A DNA stretch of 64,000 bases from Mobula hypostoma (GCF_963921235.1 NC_086097.1:203300001-203364000), one strand, 5' to 3'; positions 37,760 to 50,427 are shown, numbered from the stretch's first letter. Numbers and translations are program-made. The notes: generated by a model from the letters alone, not told the origin.

Positions 37760-39329
37760 GTAAGAAGATTACCACTGTGATTCAAGTACAATGCTAATTA
37801 GTCAAAAACAGAAAAAAAACCTGTGACGTTGTACTGGATTCAATGCCTGATTGAATCAAGATAAATAATGATTGTCAATATCACTTTCCAGAGTCCACAA
37901 GTGCCTCCTCTTTCAGATTGTACAAAAGAGGTCTGATACCAGTTGCAATTTGATTTTCTGAATCAATAGTAAAACTTGACAGAAATTGAAGCAGTGTTTT
38001 TGTTGTGTGATATTGGCATCAAAGTATTGTCCTGGTAGGAAAAAGTTCTATGTCAGCTACATTTGGACACTAATAACAAGATCTTCCTGTACAAAGTCCA
38101 AATGAAGAAATCTTCAAAAGTCATTATAAACTGTCCTAAGTCATCCATACACTATATCTTCAACGGCTATCTGTCTTCTGCCGTGATTTAAGGTGGCTAC
38201 AAGTCAGATAGTCCAGTTTTTTCTGAAACTTGTAATGTTAAATTTGAGGGTCAGTATATGATCTAACAAGTCCAGAAAGAAATAATAATAATCATAATTA
38301 TTTAGAATTGAGTAAAACCAGAATTTGCAAAGGACAATATTATTTAATGTGTTTCACTCAATTCAGTAGATGTTGGAAAGGTCAAAGAAAAGGTCAATAT
38401 AGAAAAACTGAAAAACACTTTTAAATAAATGTGGAACTCTGGATCACATCTGAAAGATACTTTTGGTTCATTCTGAAAGTAATTTAACACCTGTATACTA
38501 AATTGGTAGGTTTTAATGTTCTGCTGGATACAAAAAAAAGGCAAAACATGTATTTCCCATAACTGATGTTCCACCATGTATTCAAAACAAATAATCTGAG
38601 TCACTGAAACAATGAGAACTGCCATCTGGGATATTTCCATGTCATGTGTTTTGATCAACAACATTCAAAGACATGTATGCTTTTTCACTGTTTGTTGATC
38701 CAGGCTATTCTCCTTTGTACCTGCATAAGCAAGTTTGTCAAAGTTTTAGATGACATGCCAAATTAGCACAAACTTCTAAGAAAGCAGAAGTGCTGCTGTT
38801 CCTTTGAAATTCACTTGTGTGCTGGTCTTAGGACAGCACAAGTCATCAGAATAAATCTGGGATTCTGGAGCTGTGAGGTTGTTCCATTACCTGCAGCCTT
38901 TGTCTGTGTAAACTTCATTTAATCTAATGTATGTGATAAAACTAGATTAAATCATGGAACCAACTTTACTGATTAGAACTCGTGCAGGGTTAATGTTACC
39001 AATAAGTATTATGGACTAATAATAGGAACATTTTGAGTAGCAGGCCTACTTACAGGATTGCTGAATACAAAGAAATGTTTATCACAAAGCACCAAAATTG
39101 CAGTAATACTTAAGTTCAATGTGAAAAAATGCCTTTGTTAGTGAAAAAAGGATTTTGTCAGTTTTTCAGTCTTGGTCTGTCCTGTGTTTCTGTGATACCA
39201 CACCGGAGGAATATTGTATCATTTCTTAATGCATGCATTACTAAATGACAATAAAAGAGGACTGCGTGTCCTCATAATCTAAACTAATAATCTAATCTAA
39301 ATGCACTTGTAATAACTGTTGCTTTGCAG

Positions 39330-39422
39330 TTCAATTTTAGGAAGTGGCCTGAGTCAGTTTAAATCTGACACACTTGGAGTACAATTGCCTTTCTTCACAA
39401 GGTTTCGGAACTGTGCTAACAG
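39330..39422 (+). CDS. CLC-like gene exon 5 (SILGSGLSQFKSDTLGVQLPFFTRFRNCANR)
   Basis: tttgcag acceptor, gtaact donor, phases 2/2. GLSQ..S..L..F..FR is typical of CLC-6/7. Confidence 0.92.
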
Positions 39423-39469
39423 GTAACTGATCAGTTTTGAGTTAATAATTATTTATAAATAAAATAGTT

Positions 39470-39761
39470 ATTTATTTATCTATTTATTGATTGATTGAGA
39501 TGCAGTGTGGAATAGGCCCCACTGGGCCTTTGAGCTACACTACCCAGCAATCCCATGATTTAACCCTAGCCTAATCATGAGATAATTTACGATGACCAAC
39601 TAACCTATCGACTGGTACGTCTTTGGACTGTGGGAGGAAGCCGGGTCACCCGGAGGAAGCCCACGCGGTCAGGGGGAGAATGTATAAACTCCTTACAGGC
39701 AGCGGCGAGAATTGAACCCAATCACCCTTACTGTAAAGCATTGTGCTAACCACTAGGCTAC
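39470..39761 (-). mobile_element. tRNA-derived SINE (HE1/V-SINE-like)
   Basis: Minus-strand A box TAGCCTAGTGG and B box GGTTCAATTC, V-like core, CR1-like tail and (TAAA)n end. Confidence 0.8.
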
Positions 39762-40021
39762 TGAATCTGAAGGTAAATTTTAACAGTAGTGGGAAACAGT
39801 TGATTTTATTTGTGCATTGCATTTGTAGATTAGGATCATGAATTTCTTGGTGTAATTAATGAGTCTGACACAAATTATTTTTCCTGTTGTCTGAACCATG
39901 AGTATAGCATGAATTAAAGTATAAAATTTTACTTTAATTGTAGGTGAAGGTACAGCATTTATCATAAATTTCCTGTTTAGAAGTGGTTAAAAATTATCCT
40001 CAGTTTGTCAATCTGTTTCAG

Positions 40022-40265
40022 GAGAAACTTCATTACTGCAGGGGCAGGAGCAGGGATAGCCTCTGTGTTCCGAGCCCCTGTGGGTGGGCTGCTGTTCACT
40101 TTTGAAGAGGTGGCTTCTTTCTGGGATATCAAACTAGCCTGGCAGACCTTCTTCTGTTGTTTGATGGCTGCATTCACCACTGATCTCCTCTCATCCTCTT
40201 TCCATGGATTCACTTATCAGGGCCATTTTGGATTCTTCAAGGCGGAAGAAAGTATTTTATTTGGG
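40022..40265 (+). CDS. CLC-like gene exon 6 (RNFITAGAGAGIASVFRAPVGGLLFTFEEVASFW...)
   Basis: Helices G-I with APxGGxLFxxEE, phases 2/0. Confidence 0.95.
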
Positions 40266-41836
40266 GTACGTTTTGTGAAAAGTCAAGAAACAGAGCTGCA
40301 TTAAGTTAATATGCTGGTTACTGAAGAATATTCTAAATGCTCTAATATGCAAATAATAGTCAATCAAAACATCAAGCAACATTTAAAAAACAATAATAAT
40401 GCCTTGGAAAGGGACAAACTCTCATCTGGTTTTCATGATTTGGAATATTGCAAAAACAATTTTTATTCTCTTTATGATGTCAATGAGGATGACTTTACAA
40501 GCGAATGGAGAATTTTATTAGGGAAACTCACCATCAAAAAATTTCCAGTTCAAGGTAACCTCCCATTCAGATGACAAACTCTTTATTCCGTTCATACCAC
40601 CAGAGGGCTTCCCAGTTTTACATCATTGCCCTCTCAGTCAGCAGGCAATACACTTATTAAAGTGGAATAAATTAATTTAATAAATAAATACAAGATAATA
40701 TAATAATAATACTTCAGATAATTGGTCTGTTCTTTGGAAAACACTGTTGTACCAGGAAGCATGCTCCCTACCTGCTGTGGGCTATTCTTCTCACCTTAGC
40801 ATCTTTTTGTAAAATGCAACTGAGGTAAGAAATTAGTCATCTCAATGACACCACTCGCTATAATGTGATCATAACACAATTTGGGTAATTTCTTCCTTTC
40901 TTACCTTTTTGAAGGAAATCGTCTTAAACTGTTTAGAGCTTGAAGTATACATAAAATAGAAGCCAGAAATCTATTTCCTTAAAATTAACAGATTCCCTCG
41001 CTACAACAGCAACCATACTTCAGAAGTACTGACTTGTCTGTAAAAGTACTTTGATACATCTTGAAAGAATTGTGAAATGTGCTGTTTACATGCAAGAATA
41101 CACAAAAAACCTGTTTTGTACCTTCAAAGCTGCCTGGAGGGGTGGTTTGAAACATGTTTTATACATTGGGCCCCTATAGAATGAGGCAGAGAGTGTTTTA
41201 TGCAATAGACCAGTCTGGGTAAATGTGCTCAAAGGCCTTTCCTACATATTTATTGATGGAAAAGACATAATGTTATAAATTGTGCCAAGCTGATAAAGGG
41301 ATGGAGGTAGTGTTTGCGGAGGAAGACCCAGAATGGGATTATTAGGATATTAGGGGTGAGTTCAGGGCATCAGGAGTGATGGGAAAAGGTGGTCATGACT
41401 TCCAGGGGCATGATTTGTCAGCAGCATGTAATTGGCTCAGCTGGATGAATTAGGTATCAGGAAAGCAGTTAGGCCAGAAGCTAGCGACAGGTAGCCAGAA
41501 AGGCTTTTGGGTGGGTGGTTATGGGAGGAGGTGTTAGTAATTAGAAACTTGAGTGGTAAATAAAAGACAAATTCTGTTGAAAATCAGATACTGTAACATG
41601 GTGGCCACTTTAAACAGTGTTAAAGCAATTTCTGGTGCCTTTTGAAGAACAGATTTTAAGTGGCGTGGATCACCCACGTAATCCTCTGCAAACTCTTAAC
41701 TCAGCATTGACCAGGGTTTTAGTAAATTCCATCCTCTGCATTGTTAAGATGCAGATTTCCTTTACCAATATTTTCCTGAAATCTGTTTTGGTACTGTCAT
41801 TCTTTAAAGAGATAAAGCTTCTTAAGTTAAATTAGT

Positions 41837-42001
41837 GCAACACACATAAAAGTTGCTGGTGAACACAGCAGGCCAGGCAGCATCTCTAGGAAGAGGTGCA
41901 GTCGACGTTTCAGGCCGAGACCCTTCATCAGGACCCTTGCATTCACCAGCAACTTTTATGTGTGTTGCTTGAATTTCCAGCATCTGCAGAATTCCTGTTG
42001 T
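41837..42001 (-). mobile_element. Fold-back Penelope-derived insertion with hammerhead core
   Basis: Perfect 27-bp inverted repeat at 41837-41863 and 41942-41968. TSD TTAAGTTAA(A/G)TTAGT at 41822-41836 and 42002-42016. Confidence 0.85.
41901..41934 (-). ncRNA. Minimal type I hammerhead ribozyme motif
   Basis: Minus strand GTC-CTGATGA-AGGGTCTCGGCCT-GAAA-CGTC-GAC. Confidence 0.75.
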
Positions 42002-42060
42002 TTAAGTTAAGTTAGTATTGGTATTTACCAGCTATTCTCTTTCATGACGCCTACATCTAG

Positions 42061-42255
42061 GTGAAATATTTGCTGGACATGAACATTTTGATCTTCATTC
42101 CAACCATTATCCTGGGAATAATAGGAGGTCTGCTGGGAGCATTGTTTATCTCAATGAACATAAGAGTCAACCAATTTCGGATAAAATTCTATAACTTAAT
42201 TAAGCATCCATTAATCGGAAAGATAAGCAAGCTCTTGGAGGCAATCCTGATTTTG
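42061..42255 (+). CDS. CLC-like gene exon 7 (..ILGIIGGLLGALFISMN..KLLEAILIL)
   Basis: GxxGGxLGALF motif, 195 nt, gtaagt donor. Confidence 0.93.
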
Positions 42256-43493
42256 GTAAGTTTTTATTGTATTATACAGTTGAATGTAGGTAATTTTGTT
42301 ATTGATTTCTCTCTAATGTGTTTACTTATGCCTTTCAATTGGATTTCACACAGTTTTTGACTGAACTGTTATATTTCATTAAAACTGGCTCTTAAATGAT
42401 AACTTCCATAATTACCTTTGTATTATTGGACTGTAAATTCATGTAATTTGCCATGAGAAAATGGTATATCCTGTCCAAGGGCACTGGAAGAGAATAGTTG
42501 CTTGTGTATGTTTACAAAGCTTTAAAATCTTGTAATATAGATTGATGGAATATACGTGGAATATTTTGAAATGAACTTATAACCTGCCCTGCACCCCGCG
42601 GCTCTCTGGTTTGTGGCAATATTGCTTAATGCAGAAAATCCTGGAGTATCTCCGTCTGTGTGAAATCCACAGAAAGAAAATGTAGTCTGTCAAATTTTAT
42701 TTAATAAGGTATGCTTGTTTACTCGCTATTTTCCAATACCCAAGAAAGATTTACTGAAACAATGCTCGAATTAACTTACGGACATTTACCATCGTCCCAT
42801 GACACTATTAATGCTGGCCAGTGCCTTTGAAAAAACAGCGAATTTGCTTTGATGTCTGTAAGCGCTGTGTGCCGCTTACCCGAAGCAAAATTACTGAAAG
42901 TACAAATTCTGTACTGTGGCATTTATTAGCAATATAGAGGTATAATTGTGATTTTTTTCCCAAGTGGGTCTCGTGGGTTTTTTTGTATGTTTTTGTCAGT
43001 TAAAAATAACCAAACCTTACTACCGTTTATTTTACTGATTGTATAATATTTTATACGCCTCCAACAGCCCATCGTACCCCATCATAAAACAAAGTTTTAA
43101 CACACGGTGTCCATCATATCTTTACTGAAAGCTACGTGGCTGAATTGGGTCCGTATCACAGAGTTAACACTCTCATGTCCAGTAGTCGCAGCAATTCTTG
43201 TTTCACGTTTGCTCGAGACGTGGAATAACCAAGAAAAACCTGTGGTCTTAAAACTGCAGTCAGGCTTGACAAAATCATAAAAGATCGCAAGCGACTTATT
43301 TTATCTAACTCTTGAAATAATTGGAAGATTTTTTATTGGGGAACAGATCGGCTGGAATTTTAACTACTTTTAAACAAAATTCGTTAAAATATTTTTGAAT
43401 AAAACGTCCATTATTTATATACATGTTTTATTTTAAATCTCGAATAGCGAGGTGAGATAAATTATTCCTAAAGATTAATGTTTTTGTGAACAG

Positions 43494-43582
43494 GTATTCA
43501 CAATTACAGCCACAGTCTACGTGCCTGCCCTCTTCCCGTGCACCCCGTTCACTCCCTACTGGCACTACGCACCGGAAAACGG
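43494..43582 (+). CDS. CLC-like gene exon 8 (VFTITATVYVPALFPCTPFTPYWHYAPENG)
   Basis: aacag acceptor, gtgaga donor. Phases 0/2 are exactly those needed to bridge exons 7 and 9. Confidence 0.8.
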
Positions 43583-44724
43583 GTGAGACACGCTTCTTTC
43601 CTTTTTGATATCCTACCCTCCCTTCCTGCATTCTCGAGATTTTCTATTGGTCAATGCGTTGCAATTTCACGAGATCCAAGTTTCTCCTTATTCACGTGTG
43701 CGATTTGACAACGAATACTGTACTCACAGACCTACCTGTACGAGTCATCATAATTGAGTTTGATTTTGTTTAGAGCGGAATCAGAAACAGGTTTATTGTC
43801 ATTGGCATAAGTCGTGATTTTTTTTGGTTTAGCGGCAGCAGTGCAGTGCCGGCAATTGTTCAGACATATGGTTAGGGTCTTTGTATAAAGTTGGCCTATC
43901 AGTACGGACTGGTTGAATAAATTAAATTCAGCCTTTAGCTAAAGATAAAAGCCAAAAAAGAAAAAAATGGTGGGGAATAAACACAGCAGGCCATGCAGCG
44001 TCTTTGTGGAGAGAAATAGAAGGTGAATAATCCTTCATCAGAACTTAATTACCTGGAATTCCAGTAATCAGGTTAATGGGGATTCAGCTTTGAATTCTGT
44101 ACAATTCTATACAATTTCCCCAAAGGTCTAAATAACTACATTTTCTTGTTGTTCGGGAATGATATTGATAGACACTCTGCCTTTCCTCTTCTAGCTTGTT
44201 GCAAGCAATTTTGGTGTTCAGACAGTTAACTCAGTGTCCACTAGGAATTTAAACCCATGGCCTGACCTTTCTGGTTAGCAAATTATACTCTGAGCCAATA
44301 TGTACCCCTGATAAGGACATTTTTATTCAAAAGAAAAAGCTGAAACTATGTTCATTGGAAAACCTGAAAGATCAACTGTTTATTTCCCTCTGAGGATACT
44401 ATCTGACCTGTTCCTCCAGCATTCTGTATGTGCTCTGCCGCTATATATCTTAACCCAAGTCCCTCCTGCCCTCGCTGCTTCCTCAGGAGCAACTTAGAGA
44501 CGCACCGTTTGATTCTTAACTGAATATTGATTCACATTAATACGCATTGTTGACAGGACAAATAGATGATTTCTTTCTAAATGATGATAAGAATTGTGGA
44601 CAAGCAGATTTAATAATATAAGACAGAAATCACTAGCGTTACAAGGGGCTGTAATTTCCTCATTACTTTTATATCTTGTTAGTGAGAGACAAAGTTGATT
44701 TTTTTTTCTCTTACAATTTACCAG

Positions 44725-44864
44725 GTCACTTTATCATAACAGCTCAACAAAAGTCACTCACCTCCTGAGTAAGACAGAGCCTTTCTACCTCTATAACTGT
44801 CCTGAAGGAACAACATGGATTGGACCTGATGGCATTCAACATTCAAATTTTAGTTACAACCAAG
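44725..44864 (+). CDS. CLC-like gene exon 9 (..YLYNCPEG..NFSYNQ)
   Basis: Luminal loop C..G..YN pattern of CLC-6/7, phases 2/1. Confidence 0.85.
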
Positions 44865-46324
44865 GTAAACCTAGATTAAACCCTCCCAGAATATTGCAGG
44901 ATATCAAAGTTCAGTTTAGTGGCAGGAGCAGTGTTGTTTTAAGTGGTGATTATTGCACTCCTGTCAAGACATGTAAAATGCAAAGAGCTGTTTGATGGGA
45001 GAGGTGGGGTCAGGAGTTGAGATTCTGATTGTAGCATGGCTTGCTACAGGCCCTTATCCAATAAATATGTTTTTGATATTGTTACTGTATTTAAGTTCTG
45101 TATCATGTCTTAGTGTTGGGTGAACTTGATTATAGAGTTGTTGACAAAGATATTAGCTGAAAGTATTTGGCTTTTCAGTTCAGAAGCCATTTAACGTTGC
45201 AATGGATGGATGTATAACAATCTACAGGTCATGAGCTGAGAATGGATGTTCTTGAATATAATACTGCCATTTCTTTCTTTAAAATCCTCTTAGCTACATT
45301 ATAAATTTTATACTTGATGCTGGAATTATAAAAAGACAATAATTAAAAATATATATAGCCACAAAAGCAAATGGTGTATACATTACTTATGAAACAATCA
45401 ACATTTTTGTTCTGCTCATTGTTTTACACTTGTTGTCATTTCCTATTCAATATCTTTATCTCTTTTCAGTTGTTTTTGATAATTTTAGGCACTCCTGGTT
45501 CACCTTTTTTGTTTTCCCCACAGTTTCTAATATTGTAAAACTCAGACTGTCACTGCAGTGCTGTAATTAGGGAGTTCTGCCCATTCTGAGGAGCAATAGG
45601 TAGCACTGGGTTTGATCACCTCCTCTTGGACCTCTTGCTAATCCGGTAGCTGAAACTGACTGGACCATTCTAGAGGCATCCACACCCTGCAAGGAGGCAG
45701 AGTGACTGCAAGTGGTGATGAGACCTCAAATAGTGGATCCCTGAGAGCCCAGATCCCAGCACTACACTGATTTAGTTTTAACTATCCTCCACTGTCACAG
45801 GCTTTATTCAATTTTCTAAATGTCTCAGATTATTCTGACATTTAAAAACAGTTGAAGTAATAATAATAAAAACATTGGAAAAAAATTTAGAGCAAAACGC
45901 ATTACATTTCTGTTAATTTGAAACATAAATATATGTGAAATATAGAAGAAATAAACAAACTAACTTGTATAAATCTCTCATTTTTCTGAAGCTTGTTGAC
46001 ACTTTACAAATAATGTGTTTGCTGCCCATGCAAGTCGATGCTAAGGGGCTCAGCACAGAATGGATCTGGCCTTTCTGGAGCCACCCAGGACACCAGCAGC
46101 AGAAGGAGAAGAGCCATATTCTGGCATCTAACCTCTGGCATGTCACTTGCTTTCACAGTGCAATGCGCAAAAGAAAGCGTCAAAGATAATTTGAACAGCA
46201 GAGGATGGAGGAGTGGCCCCTCCCTTCAGAACAGCTGCTAATAACAAAGCACAAGCCTGCTCATTAAACTAATACTAGCTCTTTCACAGGAATACAATAT
46301 TATTGAAAAAAGAAAAAGAATTCT

Positions 46325-48841
46325 TGTAATGTCTTGATTTATATCACAAATAAATAATTCAAATCACTTACCTCTGTGCTGTTTGTAAATTGTTACACAG
46401 ACATCGACTAGCATTTCCCTTCATCACATCCATGACTCATGTAGAGGCCAATTCTAACTGCCAACTGCTGGCAACCACCACGGATTGTTATCTTAGTGTG
46501 ATGCGCCCTCCAATCATTCCGGTAATGACGTTCCAAAAGTTGACGAATTGTATTTGATCCTTTGTTAGCAACTAGCAAAACATACAATCCTGAAGTGATG
46601 AAACTGAAGCGTAATTAAGTGTATCTAAGCAGTCAACGGAAGATATGACATCCATCGGTTCCCAGCTCCAAACTGCTCAGAACACAGCACAAATCCGTAA
46701 CTTATTCCCTTTGCCTTTGCCATGCTCCCACGTACATGACTAGTTACAATAATACACATAATAAACTTGCAACATAGAATACAATGCAGATAGAAAACAG
46801 ATGTGTGGCTCCTCTATTCTGGCCCCCTAATTATTGAACTATAATAATTACAACCACATACTACCAAAACACAGGAGACATGAAATCTTAACATTCACAC
46901 AAATGTCCTCTTTCCAGGAAACTGTCTATCCCGGATTGTGATCTTCTCTTGACAAAAACCAAGTTGTTCATCTAGACTACATTTGGGGAAATCTGCTCCG
47001 AATTGCTGCTGCCAAAGCGCATCCAAGTTCAAAACTGAAATCCTATTACTTGTCAGCTCAGGCTGAGCATAATCTCTCCCACCACCACAGTCTCCTTTCA
47101 GTGGTCCATTAACAGTCCAGTCCAACATTGTTCTGATTGTATAGGGCCCATCGTTAACACTGTGAATCACTTGCAATTGTTCCAGTGCTTCACTCCATCA
47201 GCAACTCAATATCTGAATCAATTTCCAGCAAATGAACAGGCTTCAGGTGAGACCATTCCTGCAGATCTCTCTGATGAGGAATGTTCTCTTTGTGGACAAG
47301 CATATGTTCCTGTGTATAGATATTAGACAGTTCATAGTAGTTTTCAATACCCAAGCCAGTCATTTCTAATCCTGAATCGACATAGCTACTCTCAACCCTC
47401 TCTTGACCCATGGTGCATAAGAGAATGTGTGTTCGTTTTCTTGCCAGGTTGAGCTTGTTCGCAAGGTGCTCTGTACTTCCTTGATCTTGGAAAGAATAAG
47501 TAACCACTGTCTTGTTACTCTTCTTAGACTTCCCTTGAACTGGAATTATAGGAAGCTTACAATCATGATCACCAGCCCCCATAAGGCCATCAGATACCAG
47601 GACATTACTCGCTGTTGCGTTTGATCCCTTCATGGCTTGTTTCGAATCTGCACCCTTTTAACCATATAACCATATAACAATTGCAGCATGGAAACAGGCC
47701 ATCTCGGTCCTTCTAGTCCGTGCCGAACTCTTACTCTCACCTAGTCCCACCGACCGGCACTCAGCCCATAACCCTCGATTCCTTTCTTGTCCATATGGCT
47801 GTCCAATTTAACTTTAAACAACAACATTGAACCTGCCCCAACCACTTCTGCTGGAAGCTCGTTCCACACAGCTACCACTCTCTGAGTAAAGAAGTTCCCC
47901 CTCATGTTACCCCTAACCTTTTGCCCTTTAACTCTCAACTCATGTCCTCTTGTTTGAATCTCCCCCACTCTCAATGGAAAAAGCCTATCCACATCAACTC
48001 TGTCTATCCCCCTCATAATTTAAAATACCTCTATCAAGTCCCCCCTCAATCTTCTATGTTCCGAAGAATAAAGGCCCGACTTATTCACCTTTCTCTGTAA
48101 CTTAAGTGATGAAACCCAGGTAACATTCTAGTAAATCTTCTCTGTACTCTCTCTATTGTGTTAATATCTTTCCTATAATTCAGTGACCAAAACTGTACAC
48201 AATACTCCAAATTTGGCCTCACCAATGCCTTGTACAATTTCAACATTACATCCCAACTCCTATACTCAATGCTCTGATTTATAAAGGCCAGCATACCAAA
48301 AGCTTTCTTCACCACCCCATCCACATGAGATTCCACCTTTATCTGCTCCAGGCTCAGTTTTGACTTCACTTTTCACAGTAGCCTCAGTAGTGACAAAGGT
48401 GCTTCCTATAGCTTTAGAACAACTTTGTGACTTAGTTGTGTTTACATTGGTGATGAAGCATCCTGTATACTCCTAAATACTGGGTGTTTTGCAATCCTTA
48501 CTTGCCTTTTAGTAAAATCGACAATGTCACTGACAGTAATCTCATGGTTGTGATTTATCTAGTTGCTCACAGACAAAACATCTCCATTTATCCTTAAGCA
48601 TATAAGGCAACTTCTTTACAACAATCAATGTATTAATAGGCCTTTCCAGATCTTGCATATACTGAAAATCTCCCATTGCGTTACATCAGCTTCTGAGAAA
48701 AAGTGTAATCTTGAAGAGCTTTCCTGTCTGCTGATTTGCTTTTACCATATCTCCATTCATGTGACTAATTACAATAACACACATAATAGATATGCAACAC
48801 AGAATACAGTGCAGATAGAGAACAGATGCATGGCTCCTACA
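46325..48841 (-). mobile_element. Internally deleted BEL/Pao LTR retrotransposon
   Basis: Pao protease-like LPIIPVQGK..TVVTYSFQDQGST and GPYTIRTMLDWTVNGPL. A shared ~80-bp LTR start lies at ~46738-46816 and ~48762-48841. Purine tract at 46817-46830. The left boundary is approximate. Confidence 0.75.
47660..48338 (-). mobile_element. Young CR1 3' end inserted into the BEL/Pao element
   Basis: LYKALVRPNLEYCVQFWS and TRGHELRV..FFTQRVVAVWNELP, with (TATGGTTA)n tail. Confidence 0.92.
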
Positions 48842-49043
48842 ACTCAATTTTAAACAAATACTCAAACATAGGTTATAAATCACATTGGATGAAAGGTCAT
48901 CAACCTGAAACACTAACTCTTCTTCGTTCCATAGGTGCCGTTTAACATGCTGAATATTTCCAGCAGTTTGTGCCTTTATTTCAGATATTCGGCATCTGCA
49001 GTATTTTATGTTTGGCTTCCTAAACTGTTGTATCTATCTTCAG

Positions 49044-49215
49044 CTGCTGCACTTTTGGTTGAAAATGGAAAGAATGGGATTATTTATCTCTTCAGAAGAG
49101 GAACACACAAAGAATTTGGATTTGCTGCCCTCTTCACAGCCCTCGTTATTTACTACTTGTTTTCTTGTTGGACAGCTGGTACTGCTATGGCATGTGGACT
49201 TGTCATACCGATGCT
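49044..49215 (+). CDS. CLC-like gene exon 10 (AALLVENG..WTAGTAMACGLVIPML)
   Basis: GLVIP corresponds to the GxFxP motif, phases 1/2. Confidence 0.93.
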
Positions 49216-50255
49216 GTAAGATAACATTTTATGGCTGTAAGCCTTTCAAAGAGTCTGACAGACCAGTCTGAAGCTTTCTTTATGCAGGTAGTCTCCAAGC
49301 TGCAAATCTTACCGTCTGTCATCTTCAGCTCTCCATCACCTTCAACTGATCCCTGTATTCTAGTTACTGTCCTTTCCAATGTTCATTGCTGCAGCATCTA
49401 GATAAGAAGCTCTCGATTTTAAATCTTGATGCTCCTTGCTTTAAATCCCTTTATGGCTTTCTCCTTCTCCATTTCTGTAACCTTTTCCAGCTTTGCTCAT
49501 ACATTCCTCACTTTTTGCACATCTCTGATTTTAATAATCTCATTAGTGCCTGCAGGTGCAAAGAGGGACTCTGAAATTGTTCCTAAATCATCCTCTTTAA
49601 TTCCTTAAACCCTGCAGCTCTGAGCATAGACCTGCTCTACTAATTCGTAATCAAGTTCTGTTTGGTATCATTCCCATGAAGTAGTTGAGATGTTGCATAA
49701 ATCCAAGTTGATAGAGTTGATGTTAAAGTAATGTTGATTGTGCAATCTGATTCATCCCACCTTTGCATGAAGGATATCTTTCTCTATGTGATAGAATCTG
49801 GAAGGAAATATTTAAGCTTCTTACTGCATTTCTCCTTTGGCTTGATTTAACTTGTAAAAGGCCTTCACCAATAGTGGTCGATACCAGGAGAGGAAAACTA
49901 AAGTCACCCCTACTTCCATGGAATAGGTCTTCAATATGACCACAGGGGATAGAAGATCATGCATATTCTCAAACTCTGCCAAAGTGACTCGTGAACAGTC
50001 CATTTTGGTGTCTTTCCTTTGGAGAATTTTGTTTAATATTTGATCCCTCTTGCTTGTTTATCAAAACTTAAATTTCACATGGGAAATAAGGAGTTGTTTA
50101 GTTCTGTTCTTGTTCGTATTATATTTTATTTGAATACCTTCTGTACAATGTAACCAGAGAGTGTAACGCATTTCAATTTTGATAGACTTGACAGAATTTT
50201 CCTCCAATTATAATAGCGTTCGTGGTGCTGTGCAACTGACCGTCTTCTCCATTAG

Positions 50256-50427
50256 GTACACAGGAGCCTTATATGGCAGAATAGTCGGCTTGATCATGGT
50301 GTCGATATTTGGTGTCCAATCTGACCAATATGGAGCCTGGATAGATCCTGGTCTTTTTGCAGTAATTGGAGCTGCCTCATACTTCTGTGGAGTTTCAAGA
50401 CTGACAATATCCCTCACTGCCATCATG
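50256..50427 (+). CDS. CLC-like gene exon 11 (YTGALYGR..IDPGLFAVIGAASYFCGVSRLTISLTAIM); gene presumably continues past the window
   Basis: GA..GR, DPG..A..GAA and R.T.SL motifs, gtaaga donor. Confidence 0.95.

Noticed and set aside
42770..42925. Minus-strand mini-exons with GTAAG donors suggesting an antisense coding gene
   Set aside because: The implied intron is only ~55 nt, the spliced frame hits a stop immediately and no homology is recognisable.
44195..44273. Candidate CLC exon after a good polypyrimidine acceptor
   Set aside because: No CLC similarity, and its phases do not fit. Exons 8 and 9 already join in frame.
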